Of a stretch of DNA of 64,000 bases, positions 10,011 through 20,336 are shown in pieces. The stretch is from an uncultured virus (IMG/VR IMGVR_UViG_3300032462_001943) (Duplodnaviria > Heunggongvirae > Uroviricota > Caudoviricetes). A program made the position numbers and the translations under genes. The DNA is taken from the IMG/VR virus record IMGVR_UViG_3300032462_001943; one strand, given 5' to 3'. Positions within the stretch are counted from its first letter, which is position 1; each line of letters starts with the position of its first letter. The notes beneath the pieces were generated by a model that was given only the letters and a program-made list of their open reading frames with translations, did not search any database and was not told the DNA's origin.

Positions 10011-10761
10011 AGTAAATTACAAATATCACGAACGAATCGAAGGCGATTACAACAAGGAGGAAACCAAGTCCTTCAAGAAGAAAGTCGGCGATCCATTCGA
10101 GGATGTTTCATTAGAGAAGTTGGCTGGTGCTGTTATGGCCCAGCTTGCTCGACGTGACGTTTGGATTGTCGATGTGGAAGTCTTTGAGTTGTCTAAGAAG
10201 CCAGTGAGCTTCAAAGAGGCCAAAGGCGGGATCATCTTGAAAAACAAGAAGTTCAATTTTGATGGTGGCGGTGAAGACGCATCTACCATCATTGTTCAGG
10301 ACATGATCCAAGCACCACCGCCAGTTCAATTGCCTCATCAATATGTACAGCTTGCCAATAATGGTCAGCATATGAATATTCAGGGGCAGGCAGCAAACCC
10401 CTCTAGGGGAGTGATGCCGCACGAACAGGGGCAACCTCGTCGCCCCATAGACTGGATGGTATTCTCGCCGGAGCTTCCTCAGATGGCGGAAGTGAAGCAG
10501 AAGAACCTCCGATTCACTCCCGAAAAAAAATATCCAGTGTTCGAGAAGCGAGAAGGCGTTGGTGGGGAAGTGTTTGTGATGATCGACGATACCGGACGGG
10601 AACAACTGGTTTCCGACAAATATTTTGTCCCCGGAAACGTCCAGTTGTTGGCCGATAGAGAGCTTGGTTTCTCTCAAAACCAACAAGAGCGAGAAGGCGG
10701 CAAATTATATTGGGGTGGTGCAAACCAAGAACCCAATATGCCAGAAATCAGACGCCGATAA
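10000..10761 (+). CDS. Hypothetical protein
   Basis: Long ORF with RBS, overlapping the upstream gene. Confidence 0.7.
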   Translation: MGYEVNYKYHERIEGDYNKEETKSFKKKVGDPFEDVSLEKLAGAVMAQLARRDVWIVDVEVFELSKKPVSFKEAKGGIILKNKKFNFDGGGEDASTIIVQDMIQAPPPVQLPHQYVQLANNGQHMNIQGQAANPSRGVMPHEQGQPRRPIDWMVFSPELPQMAEVKQKNLRFTPEKKYPVFEKREGVGGEVFVMIDDTGREQLVSDKYFVPGNVQLLADRELGFSQNQQEREGGKLYWGGANQEPNMPEIRRR

Positions 10762-10769
10762 ACAAAAAT

Positions 10770-10797
10770 AAAAGCCCGGAGCAATCCGGGCTTTTTC
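10770..10797 (+). terminator. Intrinsic terminator (probably bidirectional)
   Basis: AAAAGCCCGGA-gcaa-TCCGGGCTTTT. Confidence 0.85.
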
Positions 10798-10849
10798 TAT
10801 TTATCGAACTCCATTATCCTCGTATACTTCAAATACCTCGGAGGAAAAT

Positions 10850-11359
10850 ATGGCTAATCAAAAGCAAAAAGAAAAGAAGAAGAAGAATCGTGAACGAATT
10901 GCCAAGGTACGGGTCATGTATCGACGTGAAGTCTTGCGCAAAGAACGTAAGGTCGAAAAAGAAGAACAGCGTAAGTTTGAAGAAGCTCAAACAATTATGC
11001 ACGGCAAACTGATGCCTGTTATCAGCGATCCAGCATTGCTTGCCCAGCGAGAAGCCGCTCATGCTAAAGCCGTTTCAGACAAGCTGAAACAAAATCTTCA
11101 GATATTGGAGGCGCTTGAGCAGGAATACGAGGCTGAACAAGCTACTCGTGCTGCGATGAATGACAAGCTCGAATCCGAAGGGCATAAGACAATGCGTGAA
11201 AAAATGGACGCATTGCACCAGAAGGCTTTGCACATGACTGGCAAGGCCGAAGCATTGGCTCAAGCGGAGGAAGACTATGCTGCACAGCATACTACATTAG
11301 AAGAATCTGCTGCACATCAAAATATTGAAGAAGAAATTGTTGTAGAGCCGATTATTTAG
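10850..11359 (+). CDS. Coiled-coil hypothetical protein
   Basis: GGAGG RBS; helical K/E/A-rich sequence. Confidence 0.7.
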   Translation: MANQKQKEKKKKNRERIAKVRVMYRREVLRKERKVEKEEQRKFEEAQTIMHGKLMPVISDPALLAQREAAHAKAVSDKLKQNLQILEALEQEYEAEQATRAAMNDKLESEGHKTMREKMDALHQKALHMTGKAEALAQAEEDYAAQHTTLEESAAHQNIEEEIVVEPII

Positions 11360-11506
11360 AAATCTTTTCAGCAAACATAAAAAAAAAACTAAAGCTATTG
11401 AGTCTTCCGCCGATATAGCTTACAACATCACTCAACGAACGACGAAGACTGTTAACTGTAACTTTCCAAGACGTTCACAACTATCAAAACGACTAAGGAG
11501 CTAACT

Positions 11507-12502
11507 GTGGCAACTGAATTTGAAGGACTTGATTTATCGGAGATGCAACACGAGTACGAGCGGGTCAATGCCGAGCCGGGCGCTTTCGGCGGCGATGACT
11601 TCCTCGAAAAGTTCGTGCGTCTTCCAGAGCGTGACGGATATACGATCATGCGTATTCTGCCCCGTAAAAAGGGTGGCGGTAAGCATTATTGTGCAACCCG
11701 TGTTCACACGCTTTCTAACCCTACCACCAAGAAGAAGAGAACCTATCACTGCCCGAAGGTTCTTGTGAAAACGGACAAGGGTGATCGTTGGCAGGGCGAG
11801 TGCATCATCTGTAAGTATTACAGTGATCTCTGGCAGAAGTCCGAGAACCTGAGCGGCAAGGCTCAAGAAGACTTGCAGAATCAGGCACGGGCCATCAAGC
11901 CGGTCGAACGATACTACTACAACGTGATCGTTCGTTCTGATAAAGACTTCAAGACTGGTGAAGTCAAGAAGAATGTCGGACCCAAGATTTACTCTTGCGG
12001 TAAGACAGTTCACGCCAAGATCATGCGGGCTATTGTTGGCGATAAGACCGCTGGCGAAGCAGGTCTTGGTGACATCACTCATCCGATGACTGGTCGTGAC
12101 TTCCGAGTTGTGAAAAAGGTCGTCAAGGGTGGTGGCGGTGCTGAATATCCAAACTACGATAACTCGAAGTTTGAAGACGTGGCTCCCGCTGGTTCGCTGG
12201 ATGAATTGTCAACTTGGATTGAAAACCTTCATGACGTTCACGCACTTCGGGCGTTGAAGAGTGAAGACGAATTGAAGCACGCTCTCCGTGTCCACTTGGG
12301 CATGGTTAAAGAGGGCGAGTCTCAAGACGACGACTTGAACGAGTTCCGTAACGCTGGTCACACGGCATCTGCCCCTTCGACCGCATCGGAGTCTGTTCGT
12401 GAAGAATTGACCGTTAGCAGCAGCCCCGCCGCTTCTGAAAGCAAGGGTGGAGAAGAAATTCTCGCTGACGACGATTTCATGAAAGAACTCGAAGGTATGT
12501 AA
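11507..12502 (+). CDS. T4 gp32-like single-stranded DNA-binding protein
   Basis: MRILP, H/C Zn ligands (HCP...CIIC), RYYYNVIV, GRDFRV, YPNYDNSKF, acidic tail. Confidence 0.85.
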   Translation: MATEFEGLDLSEMQHEYERVNAEPGAFGGDDFLEKFVRLPERDGYTIMRILPRKKGGGKHYCATRVHTLSNPTTKKKRTYHCPKVLVKTDKGDRWQGECIICKYYSDLWQKSENLSGKAQEDLQNQARAIKPVERYYYNVIVRSDKDFKTGEVKKNVGPKIYSCGKTVHAKIMRAIVGDKTAGEAGLGDITHPMTGRDFRVVKKVVKGGGGAEYPNYDNSKFEDVAPAGSLDELSTWIENLHDVHALRALKSEDELKHALRVHLGMVKEGESQDDDLNEFRNAGHTASAPSTASESVREELTVSSSPAASESKGGEEILADDDFMKELEGM

Positions 12503-12518
12503 CCTTCCGTTCCACTGG

Positions 12519-12553
12519 ACCATCCAGGGCGTAAAAACCCTGGATGGTTTTTT
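12519..12553 (+). terminator. Intrinsic terminator
   Basis: ACCATCCAGGG...CCCTGGATGGT followed by T-run. Confidence 0.85.
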
Positions 12554-12604
12554 CTTGAGTTTTCAATTTTAAGAATAGTGCCTTCCACTGGCACAGAGGT
12601 TCAA

Positions 12605-13846
12605 ATGGCAAAGAAGAAAGCTGCTGCGAGCGGTGGTGGTGTTGACGATGATTTTTTCGAGACACTAGCCGAAGAAACAGGCGGTGATGTTCTCGATACA
12701 ATCGACAGTGTGAAATATTTTGTCGATACCGGCTCACTCGCTATCAATTATATTTGTTCTGGTCAGTTCATTACAGGAGGCATCCCTGGTGGCAAACTGA
12801 CAGAAATTTACGGTCCCAATTCATCTTCCAAGTCATTGCTTGGTGCGAACATATTGTTTGGCACACAACGAGCGAAGGGCATTGCGGTTTTGATGGACTG
12901 TGAGAACTCTGCAAATAAAGAGTTCATTCAACAAGCCTCTCACTGTAACCTCAAGCGTATTGTGCGTCATACTCCACAATCGTTAGAACAGGTTTTCACC
13001 AAAATGTACAAGGTGATTGAGAAGGCTCGTGAAAAGATTCCGATGGAAGTTCCCATCGTGATTGTTTACGATTCAATTGGTGTGTCGCCCTCTGAGCGTG
13101 AGTTGAGGGAAGTGGCATTGCCAGAAGAGTATACTGCTGCTGACTTCAAGCGAATTGTTGGTGGGCATGAACAGCCGGGCGAACGTGCTAAGATTTGTTC
13201 TCGTGAGTTCCGCAAACTGAACACCGTGATGGAGAAGAACAACGCTACGGTTGTCATCCTGAACCAGACTCGTGCCAAGATCGGCGGCTATGCCCCTATG
13301 GGACAGCAGGCGTTAACCACGGCTGGTGGCGGCAACGCACTTCCTTTCTATGCTTCCTGTCGTCTTGAAACGAAGACGCAGATGAAGATCGAAAAGAAGA
13401 TCACAGCCAAGAAGAAAAAGATTCTCGGCATCAATGTGAAGCTGAAGAATGTCAAGAACAAGACTCACCGGCCCTTTGTCGAGTCGGAGAACATTCAGTT
13501 GTTGTTCGACAAAGGCATCAACCCCCTCAGCGGTCTGCTAAGTTGTTTGCTGGATGCAGAACGAATTGAGATCAAAGGCGCTGGAAACTTTGTAGTCAAA
13601 GAGCCTTGGGCCGGTGGGTCTGAAATCAAGTTTAAGGCCAGCCTGGAACGCAATGACCTTCCTGCTGAAATCTTGATGCAATGTCCAGGTTTGATCGACG
13701 CCATTTCAGCGGAACAGATCAAGGATTACCTGGAGCCATTTCAAGAGTCTATCAATTTCCGACCTGAAGACAACGCCGACATTGAATTGAACGATGTATT
13801 GAGCGATGATGACGACGAGGATATTGATGGGGAACTGGAAGGTTAA
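12605..13846 (+). CDS. RecA/UvsX-like recombinase
   Basis: TGSLAINY, GGIPGGKLTEIYGPNSSSKS (Walker A), IVYDS, ILNQTR, GGNALPFYAS. Confidence 0.9.
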   Translation: MAKKKAAASGGGVDDDFFETLAEETGGDVLDTIDSVKYFVDTGSLAINYICSGQFITGGIPGGKLTEIYGPNSSSKSLLGANILFGTQRAKGIAVLMDCENSANKEFIQQASHCNLKRIVRHTPQSLEQVFTKMYKVIEKAREKIPMEVPIVIVYDSIGVSPSERELREVALPEEYTAADFKRIVGGHEQPGERAKICSREFRKLNTVMEKNNATVVILNQTRAKIGGYAPMGQQALTTAGGGNALPFYASCRLETKTQMKIEKKITAKKKKILGINVKLKNVKNKTHRPFVESENIQLLFDKGINPLSGLLSCLLDAERIEIKGAGNFVVKEPWAGGSEIKFKASLERNDLPAEILMQCPGLIDAISAEQIKDYLEPFQESINFRPEDNADIELNDVLSDDDDEDIDGELEG

Positions 13847-14895
13847 GATTCGATAAGAGCCGCCGTAAACGGGCCGGTTTTAAGCTGGTGATGTCGGTGA
13901 TTGTAGATTGTGACATCATTTGATCCACTGGTAGCTTCAAAAACTATCAGTGGATAATTTTGCGCCATGTCTTCCAAATAAAAAGTCAATTTGCCATCAC
14001 TGGTCGCAGACCATAGGCCGATTGACTTTTTATGATTGTTGTGAATGAATATTTCTTCAATGATATTATTTGGACTAAGAGTTATCCACTTTTTATGGTC
14101 TGGACAAGACCAAATTAGAGACATATCTTTGTAAGTTGATTCTTGTTCTGGAGTCATAGACTCCAGCCAGTTCATTACGCAAGGGTTTTTATCTCTAGCG
14201 ACCCAATGGATGTGATTGAAGTGTCCGTGAAGTTCTGAAAATTTAGTAAGCTCTGGACGCACAGTAAGAAACTTGACAGTTGTTGGATGGATTTTTTCCA
14301 TGCGAGCGCAGAAGCACAATCCGTGATCCCCATATCCTTCAGGTATTTGTTTTCTTAATTTGAAATACTGTTTAGCTTTTTCATTGTTTAGAATTCGTTT
14401 CATTGCCGCATTGCTTGTCACGGACATCTCGTATTCGTGTGGCGGTGTGTCTTCAGGAAAACGATACCAATGATTAAACCCTAATTTTTCCAGCATATGT
14501 CTTTCGACAGGTTGGACATCCCAATTTAATTCGCCAGTAAGATGATATTCTCTTTCGTGGTCAAAGAACAACTCAAGGTTTTTCATTAGTCCACTAATGT
14601 CATTCATGCTGTCTTCATCGACCCGATAGTACCATTTAGCTGTATCAGGCTTTGCTATTGCGTCGTAGTAATGGTGGATTCTTTGGGCGACGTGTTTGTA
14701 AGGTGTGAGGACAATTTCTACATCGACTCCATCTGGCCAACCACCTTCAAACACTTTTACGTCATTATTATGGGCAGCAGCCAAAACGAGTTTGACTTTG
14801 TAATTGCCAATATTTCTGATTCCCCATTTCTTGAAATCCACAAATCGTTGAACCAATTCGCTTTCAGCAGGAACGAGCATTTCGATATCGTACAT
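13843..14895 (-). CDS. Hypothetical protein, possibly GT-A glycosyltransferase-like
   Basis: WYYRVDED DxD-like motif. Confidence 0.4.
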   Translation of the reverse strand: MYDIEMLVPAESELVQRFVDFKKWGIRNIGNYKVKLVLAAAHNNDVKVFEGGWPDGVDVEIVLTPYKHVAQRIHHYYDAIAKPDTAKWYYRVDEDSMNDISGLMKNLELFFDHEREYHLTGELNWDVQPVERHMLEKLGFNHWYRFPEDTPPHEYEMSVTSNAAMKRILNNEKAKQYFKLRKQIPEGYGDHGLCFCARMEKIHPTTVKFLTVRPELTKFSELHGHFNHIHWVARDKNPCVMNWLESMTPEQESTYKDMSLIWSCPDHKKWITLSPNNIIEEIFIHNNHKKSIGLWSATSDGKLTFYLEDMAQNYPLIVFEATSGSNDVTIYNHRHHQLKTGPFTAALIES

Positions 14896-15357
14896 TTAAT
14901 TTACCTTATATTGTCCTGCGCCTAATTTCAAGAATTTGAACCCTTCTTTTTCGAGTTCAGATTTCACACGACGCACATGATTACAGAGTGCAGCGTCGGT
15001 CAATTTATATCGTTTGAATTTCTTTTTCAATTCTTTGAGCGACACGGTGTTCCGATTTTGGAATTGCTCATTAACGTACTTCTTTACCTTGTCGGCAACA
15101 CGCAGTATTTCAGCACGAGATCGTCCTTCTGTGGACATTTTCGTTTCGATTATTTCGTATTGTACGTTTGATTTTTTGTAGCCCGGATCGCAGATCGCCG
15201 GGGCAAGTTCTTCAAGCTCTAAAACAGAGCCTTCTTCCAATTTGACTATTGAGATTTCGGCACTGAATGCTTTGGAAAACTCAATGAGTTGAATGAAATT
15301 CTTTTCGTGGGTGAAGAACTTTCGTTTGTCCTTCGTTTCGATGAGTAGGCACTTCAT
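14896..15357 (-). CDS. Hypothetical protein (possible C-terminal winged helix)
   Basis: AGGAG RBS; basic helical C-terminus. Confidence 0.6.
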   Translation of the reverse strand: MKCLLIETKDKRKFFTHEKNFIQLIEFSKAFSAEISIVKLEEGSVLELEELAPAICDPGYKKSNVQYEIIETKMSTEGRSRAEILRVADKVKKYVNEQFQNRNTVSLKELKKKFKRYKLTDAALCNHVRRVKSELEKEGFKFLKLGAGQYKVN

Positions 15358-15446
15358 AAAAAACTCCTTGTAGTTAAATTATATCTCCGACTCAGCAATC
15401 CTGGTGTTTGGATAATATAATTATCGTATAATTGAGGATAAAGCGC

Positions 15447-16478
15447 ATGAACTCACCCAAAGAAACATTGAATTTGAACTACTTTCGCAGGTTCGGCGTC
15501 GAGATTGAGATTAACTCTTTCGATGGCCGCAACCGACCCATTGGTCACGAGGACGGTATTCTGCCAGAAGGCATTCAATACATAGGAAACCTTGTTCAGA
15601 AGCTCTCTGAAGAGAAGGTTTTAATCCGCAAGTGGGGTAACGACCACCATAATGATGTGTGGATAGTTAAGCCAGATGGAAGTTGTGGTATAGAGGTCTG
15701 TACGCCCGTAATGAAGGGATGGAATGGGGTGGTGCGTACTTGCAAGGTCATTGATGGCTTTAGCAAAGACCTAAAAATAGTATCAGATACCCGTTGTTCA
15801 TTTCATATCCACGTTGATGTTTCGGACCTAACAGAACCTCAGTTGGCCAGTGTCATTTCCTGGTGGATCAAATGCGAACCCGTTTTTTTAGACTCGGTTC
15901 CTGCCCGCAGAAAGAAAAATCAATATTGCCAGTTCCTTGGTGAAATGGATATATTTGATGATATTGAAGATGGTCTGATGCCTGCCGAACTTTTGCTGAA
16001 AAAGGTGGGGCATTGCAAGTATTACACCATCAACACTTTCCACTATCAGAACAAAAAGAGAAAGACCATTGAATTCCGCATCATGGACAATGCGTGTTGT
16101 TTGGACCCGTGGATGGCAAAGAATTGGATCAGGATGGTTTTGCACTTTGTTGAGCGGGCTGCGTCACGAGGGTTGCCAGCCCCATTTGAGATGGGCAATA
16201 AATGGTCAGGCTATTGTTGGCTCGATCCTTTTGATGTGTTTGATTTTCTGGGATTCACACCCGGTCAATATGAAATATCTCCAGGTTTGCGACAAGTTCG
16301 ATCCTGGTTTGTTTCCAGATTACATTCTCAATCAAAAAACACGGGGTTGAGGGGAGTGATGAGCGATAAAGGTCGCAGAGTATCTCATGGTCAAATTGAC
16401 CAATTGTATGCTCTTTTTGCTCCACAAGAATCGGCTGTTTCGGAAGATGAGATATACAGTGAGAACTTTCGTATTTAG
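15447..16478 (+). CDS. Putative amidoligase (COOH-NH2 ligase family)
   Basis: RFGVEIE, W..K.DGS, EVCTP, CSFHIHV, TIEFR. Confidence 0.8.
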   Translation: MNSPKETLNLNYFRRFGVEIEINSFDGRNRPIGHEDGILPEGIQYIGNLVQKLSEEKVLIRKWGNDHHNDVWIVKPDGSCGIEVCTPVMKGWNGVVRTCKVIDGFSKDLKIVSDTRCSFHIHVDVSDLTEPQLASVISWWIKCEPVFLDSVPARRKKNQYCQFLGEMDIFDDIEDGLMPAELLLKKVGHCKYYTINTFHYQNKKRKTIEFRIMDNACCLDPWMAKNWIRMVLHFVERAASRGLPAPFEMGNKWSGYCWLDPFDVFDFLGFTPGQYEISPGLRQVRSWFVSRLHSQSKNTGLRGVMSDKGRRVSHGQIDQLYALFAPQESAVSEDEIYSENFRI

Positions 16479-16521
16479 CGAATATATAAGGCAGGGAATT
16501 CCCTGAACGAAGGTTTGCTAT

Positions 16522-16986
16522 ATGTTCTACAAGGAATCAAAACTCGAAGATATTATCGAAGGCATGAGGGCCTTGGGCGATATGTTAATTCCATATAACT
16601 TCCCGAAAGCACCGCCGCCCACAATGGAGGATGATTTGGCCATTTTCAAACAACGAGAAGCCATTATTGACGGTTATCCCATCATGCTTCACTATCAAAA
16701 AGCTGATTACGATAAACATCTAATGGAAACTCTCCAGATTTACGGCAAGAGCAGTCCCTTTTTACCCTTCAACTTGATCTGCAATTTGGCGAAGAGGTTT
16801 TTGGGTCCGCATCATTTATCGTTGGTGGAGATATTCAAGGACAATCGAAAAATATATATTTGGTCTGCATGTGTTGATCGTCGAGGTCGTCCGATTCCTA
16901 CTCCATTTGAAATGGAAACTGAGGAGTGTGAATTTGAAGGCTTGGATTATTTGTATATGCAACCTAGTCAGGTGAACTTTTACTAA
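16522..16986 (+). CDS. Hypothetical protein
   Basis: ORF in tandem with the next gene. Confidence 0.6.
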   Translation: MFYKESKLEDIIEGMRALGDMLIPYNFPKAPPPTMEDDLAIFKQREAIIDGYPIMLHYQKADYDKHLMETLQIYGKSSPFLPFNLICNLAKRFLGPHHLSLVEIFKDNRKIYIWSACVDRRGRPIPTPFEMETEECEFEGLDYLYMQPSQVNFY

Positions 16987-17892
16987 ATGTATAAACTATT
17001 GCTGATCGGTTGTTTCACCCCTTGGCGAACATACACGAGTTGCGAATTTTTTAGTAAAGAATTGTCCGATAGATTTTCTAAATTGCCCCATGTGCAGTTT
17101 TTCACTCAGCATTTTACTGAGACGACTTGTCCAGAAGTAGATGTTGTTTTAGTTCATTCTTACACTGGTTTTCCGCCAGTGGCAAACATCCCTCACTTCA
17201 AGAAAAATGCCAAGAAGGTTGTTTACTTCATGGAGCAAGGGATCGAAGCTCCAGGCTTCGATCATTACTACTATTACGACCGATATTTTAAGACTAAGAA
17301 TAAGGCTCCAGGAACCTTCATTAAGATTCCATTGGTCAAGAAATACTATGGTGATAGTTTTTTACCAAAAGAGCCAGGGTCAATTCTTTTAGATCATGAC
17401 TACCAGCAATTTAGAGACTACAAACATCCGGGTTGGGATTGGAATGAAAGGTTGTGGGATTTTTTCTTGAAGCATCAAGATCGCTACGGTCAAATATATC
17501 AACTGGAGCGTGGCGACGTGGTTCGACCTAGCTTCATTAAAACAATTCCCATGAAGGATGCTCAAGAATATTTGGATTCAACAGCTAAGTTTGAAACTTT
17601 CATCTCAACTCATGCGGGAAGTTACAATCACACATTGGTTGATATGGCAGTCAGAGGTTCCCGCATCATTGTCCCTTGGAGTCCACTCACACATCAAAAA
17701 TATTTCGTTCCAGAATGTTTAATTTCTGATTTAGATATGACTGTCATTCGTGACGTGGATGAATTAACTACAGCGTTAAACGTCAAGTCGGTCTGCGAGT
17801 CTAAATTGGATAGAGCCACTGACTTAGATGAAGTGGTCACTCTCATGGATAGGGACTTCAAATCGTGGACCAAGAGAATCATCTTGTCTTAA
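16987..17892 (+). CDS. Glycosyltransferase-like hypothetical protein
   Basis: GSYNHTLVDMAVRG resembles a GT-B C-terminal motif. Confidence 0.4.
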   Translation: MYKLLLIGCFTPWRTYTSCEFFSKELSDRFSKLPHVQFFTQHFTETTCPEVDVVLVHSYTGFPPVANIPHFKKNAKKVVYFMEQGIEAPGFDHYYYYDRYFKTKNKAPGTFIKIPLVKKYYGDSFLPKEPGSILLDHDYQQFRDYKHPGWDWNERLWDFFLKHQDRYGQIYQLERGDVVRPSFIKTIPMKDAQEYLDSTAKFETFISTHAGSYNHTLVDMAVRGSRIIVPWSPLTHQKYFVPECLISDLDMTVIRDVDELTTALNVKSVCESKLDRATDLDEVVTLMDRDFKSWTKRIILS

Positions 17893-18296
17893 ATGGTTTT
17901 GGTGTTTCCCAAAGTAATGTGGAATACTTTTTGGTAGGAATTCGGGGGCCTCGTATATTCGCTTGACACTGGCAGACCTAGTTCAACTCTGATTTCTTCC
18001 AGGCGAGTGCTGAAGGCGTTGATCCACCAATACACCCGACCATTATGGATGTAATTGTTGTATTCAAACTCGACCTGTTCACCCTCGTATTTGCCCCAAT
18101 GTTCCATCTTGATTGAATGCTCGTAACGCACAACAGAGATGTGCGGAGCATATCGTTGGGGATTGAGAATGATGTACTTTGGGATCATCTCACGACAAAA
18201 AGAGGCGATGCCAGGATCAACCTCAAGGATGAGCTTGAATCCAACATCGCCTGCATGACTGTATCGAAGTGTTCCGTTACTCTTGTGTAGCAGCAT
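17889..18296 (-). CDS. 2H phosphoesterase (2',3'-cyclic phosphodiesterase-like)
   Basis: Two HxS/T motifs: PHISV and FHITLG. Confidence 0.8.
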   Translation of the reverse strand: MLLHKSNGTLRYSHAGDVGFKLILEVDPGIASFCREMIPKYIILNPQRYAPHISVVRYEHSIKMEHWGKYEGEQVEFEYNNYIHNGRVYWWINAFSTRLEEIRVELGLPVSSEYTRPPNSYQKVFHITLGNTKTI

Positions 18297-18615
18297 CCCA
18301 AAACTCTTCGGCTTTTGACAACGATCTCATCATGTTTTTTGCGCCCACAGGATTCTTAGAATGCACTGCCCAAGTCAGTCGTGGCAGCGTTCCATGAAAC
18401 GCTTGTTCTTCAATCCAATTGGCAACATCCATGCCTGTGCCAGCGCTTGGCGGTCCAAGATCATGATCCAGAGAGATAAACGTAACTCGACCCTGCTTCA
18501 GATGGTAAATTGCCACATCAGCGGTTTTTACCCACGTTTCGTCACCCTCGGACCCAAAAAGGCTTTGAATTTTTGGGTCACGAGGATCACGTTCATCGTC
18601 CAGCCACAACTTCAT
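18277..18615 (-). CDS. Cyclic-phosphate-processing receiver domain protein
   Basis: KLWLDDER, SLDHDLG, TGMD, VHSKNPVG. Confidence 0.8.
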   Translation of the reverse strand: MKLWLDDERDPRDPKIQSLFGSEGDETWVKTADVAIYHLKQGRVTFISLDHDLGPPSAGTGMDVANWIEEQAFHGTLPRLTWAVHSKNPVGAKNMMRSLSKAEEFWDAATQE

Positions 18616-19885
18616 CACTAGACCTCCGATAAGCATCAGCTTCAGCCCCACTCATGGCGTCACTGATGGCTTTTCCTTTCAGGTGCATGAAGTCTTGCGA
18701 CTTCACAGTTGGTTGGTAGTTCAAGAATCGTTGAAGCTCTGCTTCCTTGCCAGAAATTCTAGCGAAATCCAACACGTCTGTCGTTAGAACTTTTTGTCCT
18801 GCCGCCTGAAGTTCTGGATTCTCCAATTGCTTGTACAAGTCTCGATGTTTCAATAGCTGTGCTACCTGAGCCACGTCAAATCGGTACAACCTGACAAGGA
18901 AAGAAGTAGCGTCAGAAACATCATTGGCGTACTTGAGGCGATTGAGTTGAATTCGGACGGCTTTAGGGTCGTCTTGCTTCAATAGCCAAGCAAGCACAGC
19001 TTTGATGTTCTTGACGTTTCCAATGCGATCTACATCGTGCATATCGACTTGAAGTCCTGGAAATACTGCGGGCAGCAATCCGGTGGCTTCGTAATTCTTC
19101 AGGTAGTTGACTGGACTAGCCGCCTTCTGAAGACCGCCAGTGAATTCGGCGGCGATACGTTCTGGTGAAACTCCAGCTAAGTCTTTGAATTCTTCAATGG
19201 CCGATAGGGTTTCTTTATCCAGATGTTGCATGATGTATCCAGGATTGAAGCGTGAGAAGAACCGAACAAGTCGGGGGATTCTCAGCTTGTCTTCTCGGAA
19301 GCGATCACGAGCGTTTCCAACAGGACGGGCAACAAGATTCTTAATGTCGTGCAGCCCTTGTCCTTCTCCTTCATCGTTTAGGTTGTAGTCTCTGACTTCC
19401 TTCTTGTGAATGTCATAGAACAAAGCGTTGTAAGTTAGGTCACGACGTTGAGCATCTTTGGCTGGAGTGCTGAAGCTCACAGAGTCAGGACGCCTCCCAT
19501 CGGTGTATTGTCCATCTTCCCGGAATGTTGCGATCTCGTATTCCTCTCCATCGACAACAGCGGAAATGACACCGAATGCTTCGCCTTTTGGAAAGGTTTT
19601 GATGCCTTGTGATTGAGCAGCCGGACTGCTCAAGATCGCCATCACCTTGTCGGGCGGCGCTTCGGTTGCAAGGTCTACGTCTTTTGGAGAAAATTTCCCG
19701 CCGTGGTGTTGGGAATATAGAAAATCCCGAATTACCCCACCTACGGCAAACAACGAGGCTCCCTGGCGGGCAAAAAGCTCGCTGAGGGTATACACCGCTG
19801 CGGGAAGCGGAATATCTGCCTTGATGCTGTGAAATTTTTCTTCCACGGTTTCTAAAAACCCCCGGAATTTAAGTTGTGCGACCAT
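18593..19885 (-). CDS. cca: CCA-adding tRNA nucleotidyltransferase (class II)
   Basis: VGGVIRD, DVDLAT, EIATFR, DAQRRDLTYNA, FREDKLRIPR, SPERI. Confidence 0.88.
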   Translation of the reverse strand: MVAQLKFRGFLETVEEKFHSIKADIPLPAAVYTLSELFARQGASLFAVGGVIRDFLYSQHHGGKFSPKDVDLATEAPPDKVMAILSSPAAQSQGIKTFPKGEAFGVISAVVDGEEYEIATFREDGQYTDGRRPDSVSFSTPAKDAQRRDLTYNALFYDIHKKEVRDYNLNDEGEGQGLHDIKNLVARPVGNARDRFREDKLRIPRLVRFFSRFNPGYIMQHLDKETLSAIEEFKDLAGVSPERIAAEFTGGLQKAASPVNYLKNYEATGLLPAVFPGLQVDMHDVDRIGNVKNIKAVLAWLLKQDDPKAVRIQLNRLKYANDVSDATSFLVRLYRFDVAQVAQLLKHRDLYKQLENPELQAAGQKVLTTDVLDFARISGKEAELQRFLNYQPTVKSQDFMHLKGKAISDAMSGAEADAYRRSSDEVVAGR

Positions 19886-20014
19886 GTTTTCTCCCAGAGT
19901 ATACCATATTTTGATGTTCTTGTAAAGCGTTGGATATTCCTTTCGTCATGGGAATATATACCTTCGTAGCGTTGGTCTATTCGACGCAATCACCTTTCAA
20001 ACGAGGGTCCACAT

Positions 20015-20314
20015 ATGACAAAGAACAAAATTCAGTCGCTTATTGTCGAGCATCTTCTCAAGCACGGTCAGATCGAGCTTGTTCTCCCGGACGGCGTAAC
20101 ACTCGAAATCGGACTTACCCAGGAAAACCAGGACGGTAAATTGACAATTCAGGATGATTATTGCTGGGTTATTGCATCCCAAGGTGGACGAGCCACCAGT
20201 ATCGACTCATACAATATGGGCCTTCGTTTCACAGACAAAGAAAATATCTTGGTATTTGAAGATAAATTCGTTGACCAAGACGGAGAGCAAGTTCGTCGGC
20301 TAGATGTTGTTTAA
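20015..20314 (+). CDS. Hypothetical protein
   Basis: GAGG RBS; plausible ORF. Confidence 0.6.
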   Translation: MTKNKIQSLIVEHLLKHGQIELVLPDGVTLEIGLTQENQDGKLTIQDDYCWVIASQGGRATSIDSYNMGLRFTDKENILVFEDKFVDQDGEQVRRLDVV

Positions 20315-20336
20315 GATAATCAAAAAATATTTCGCC

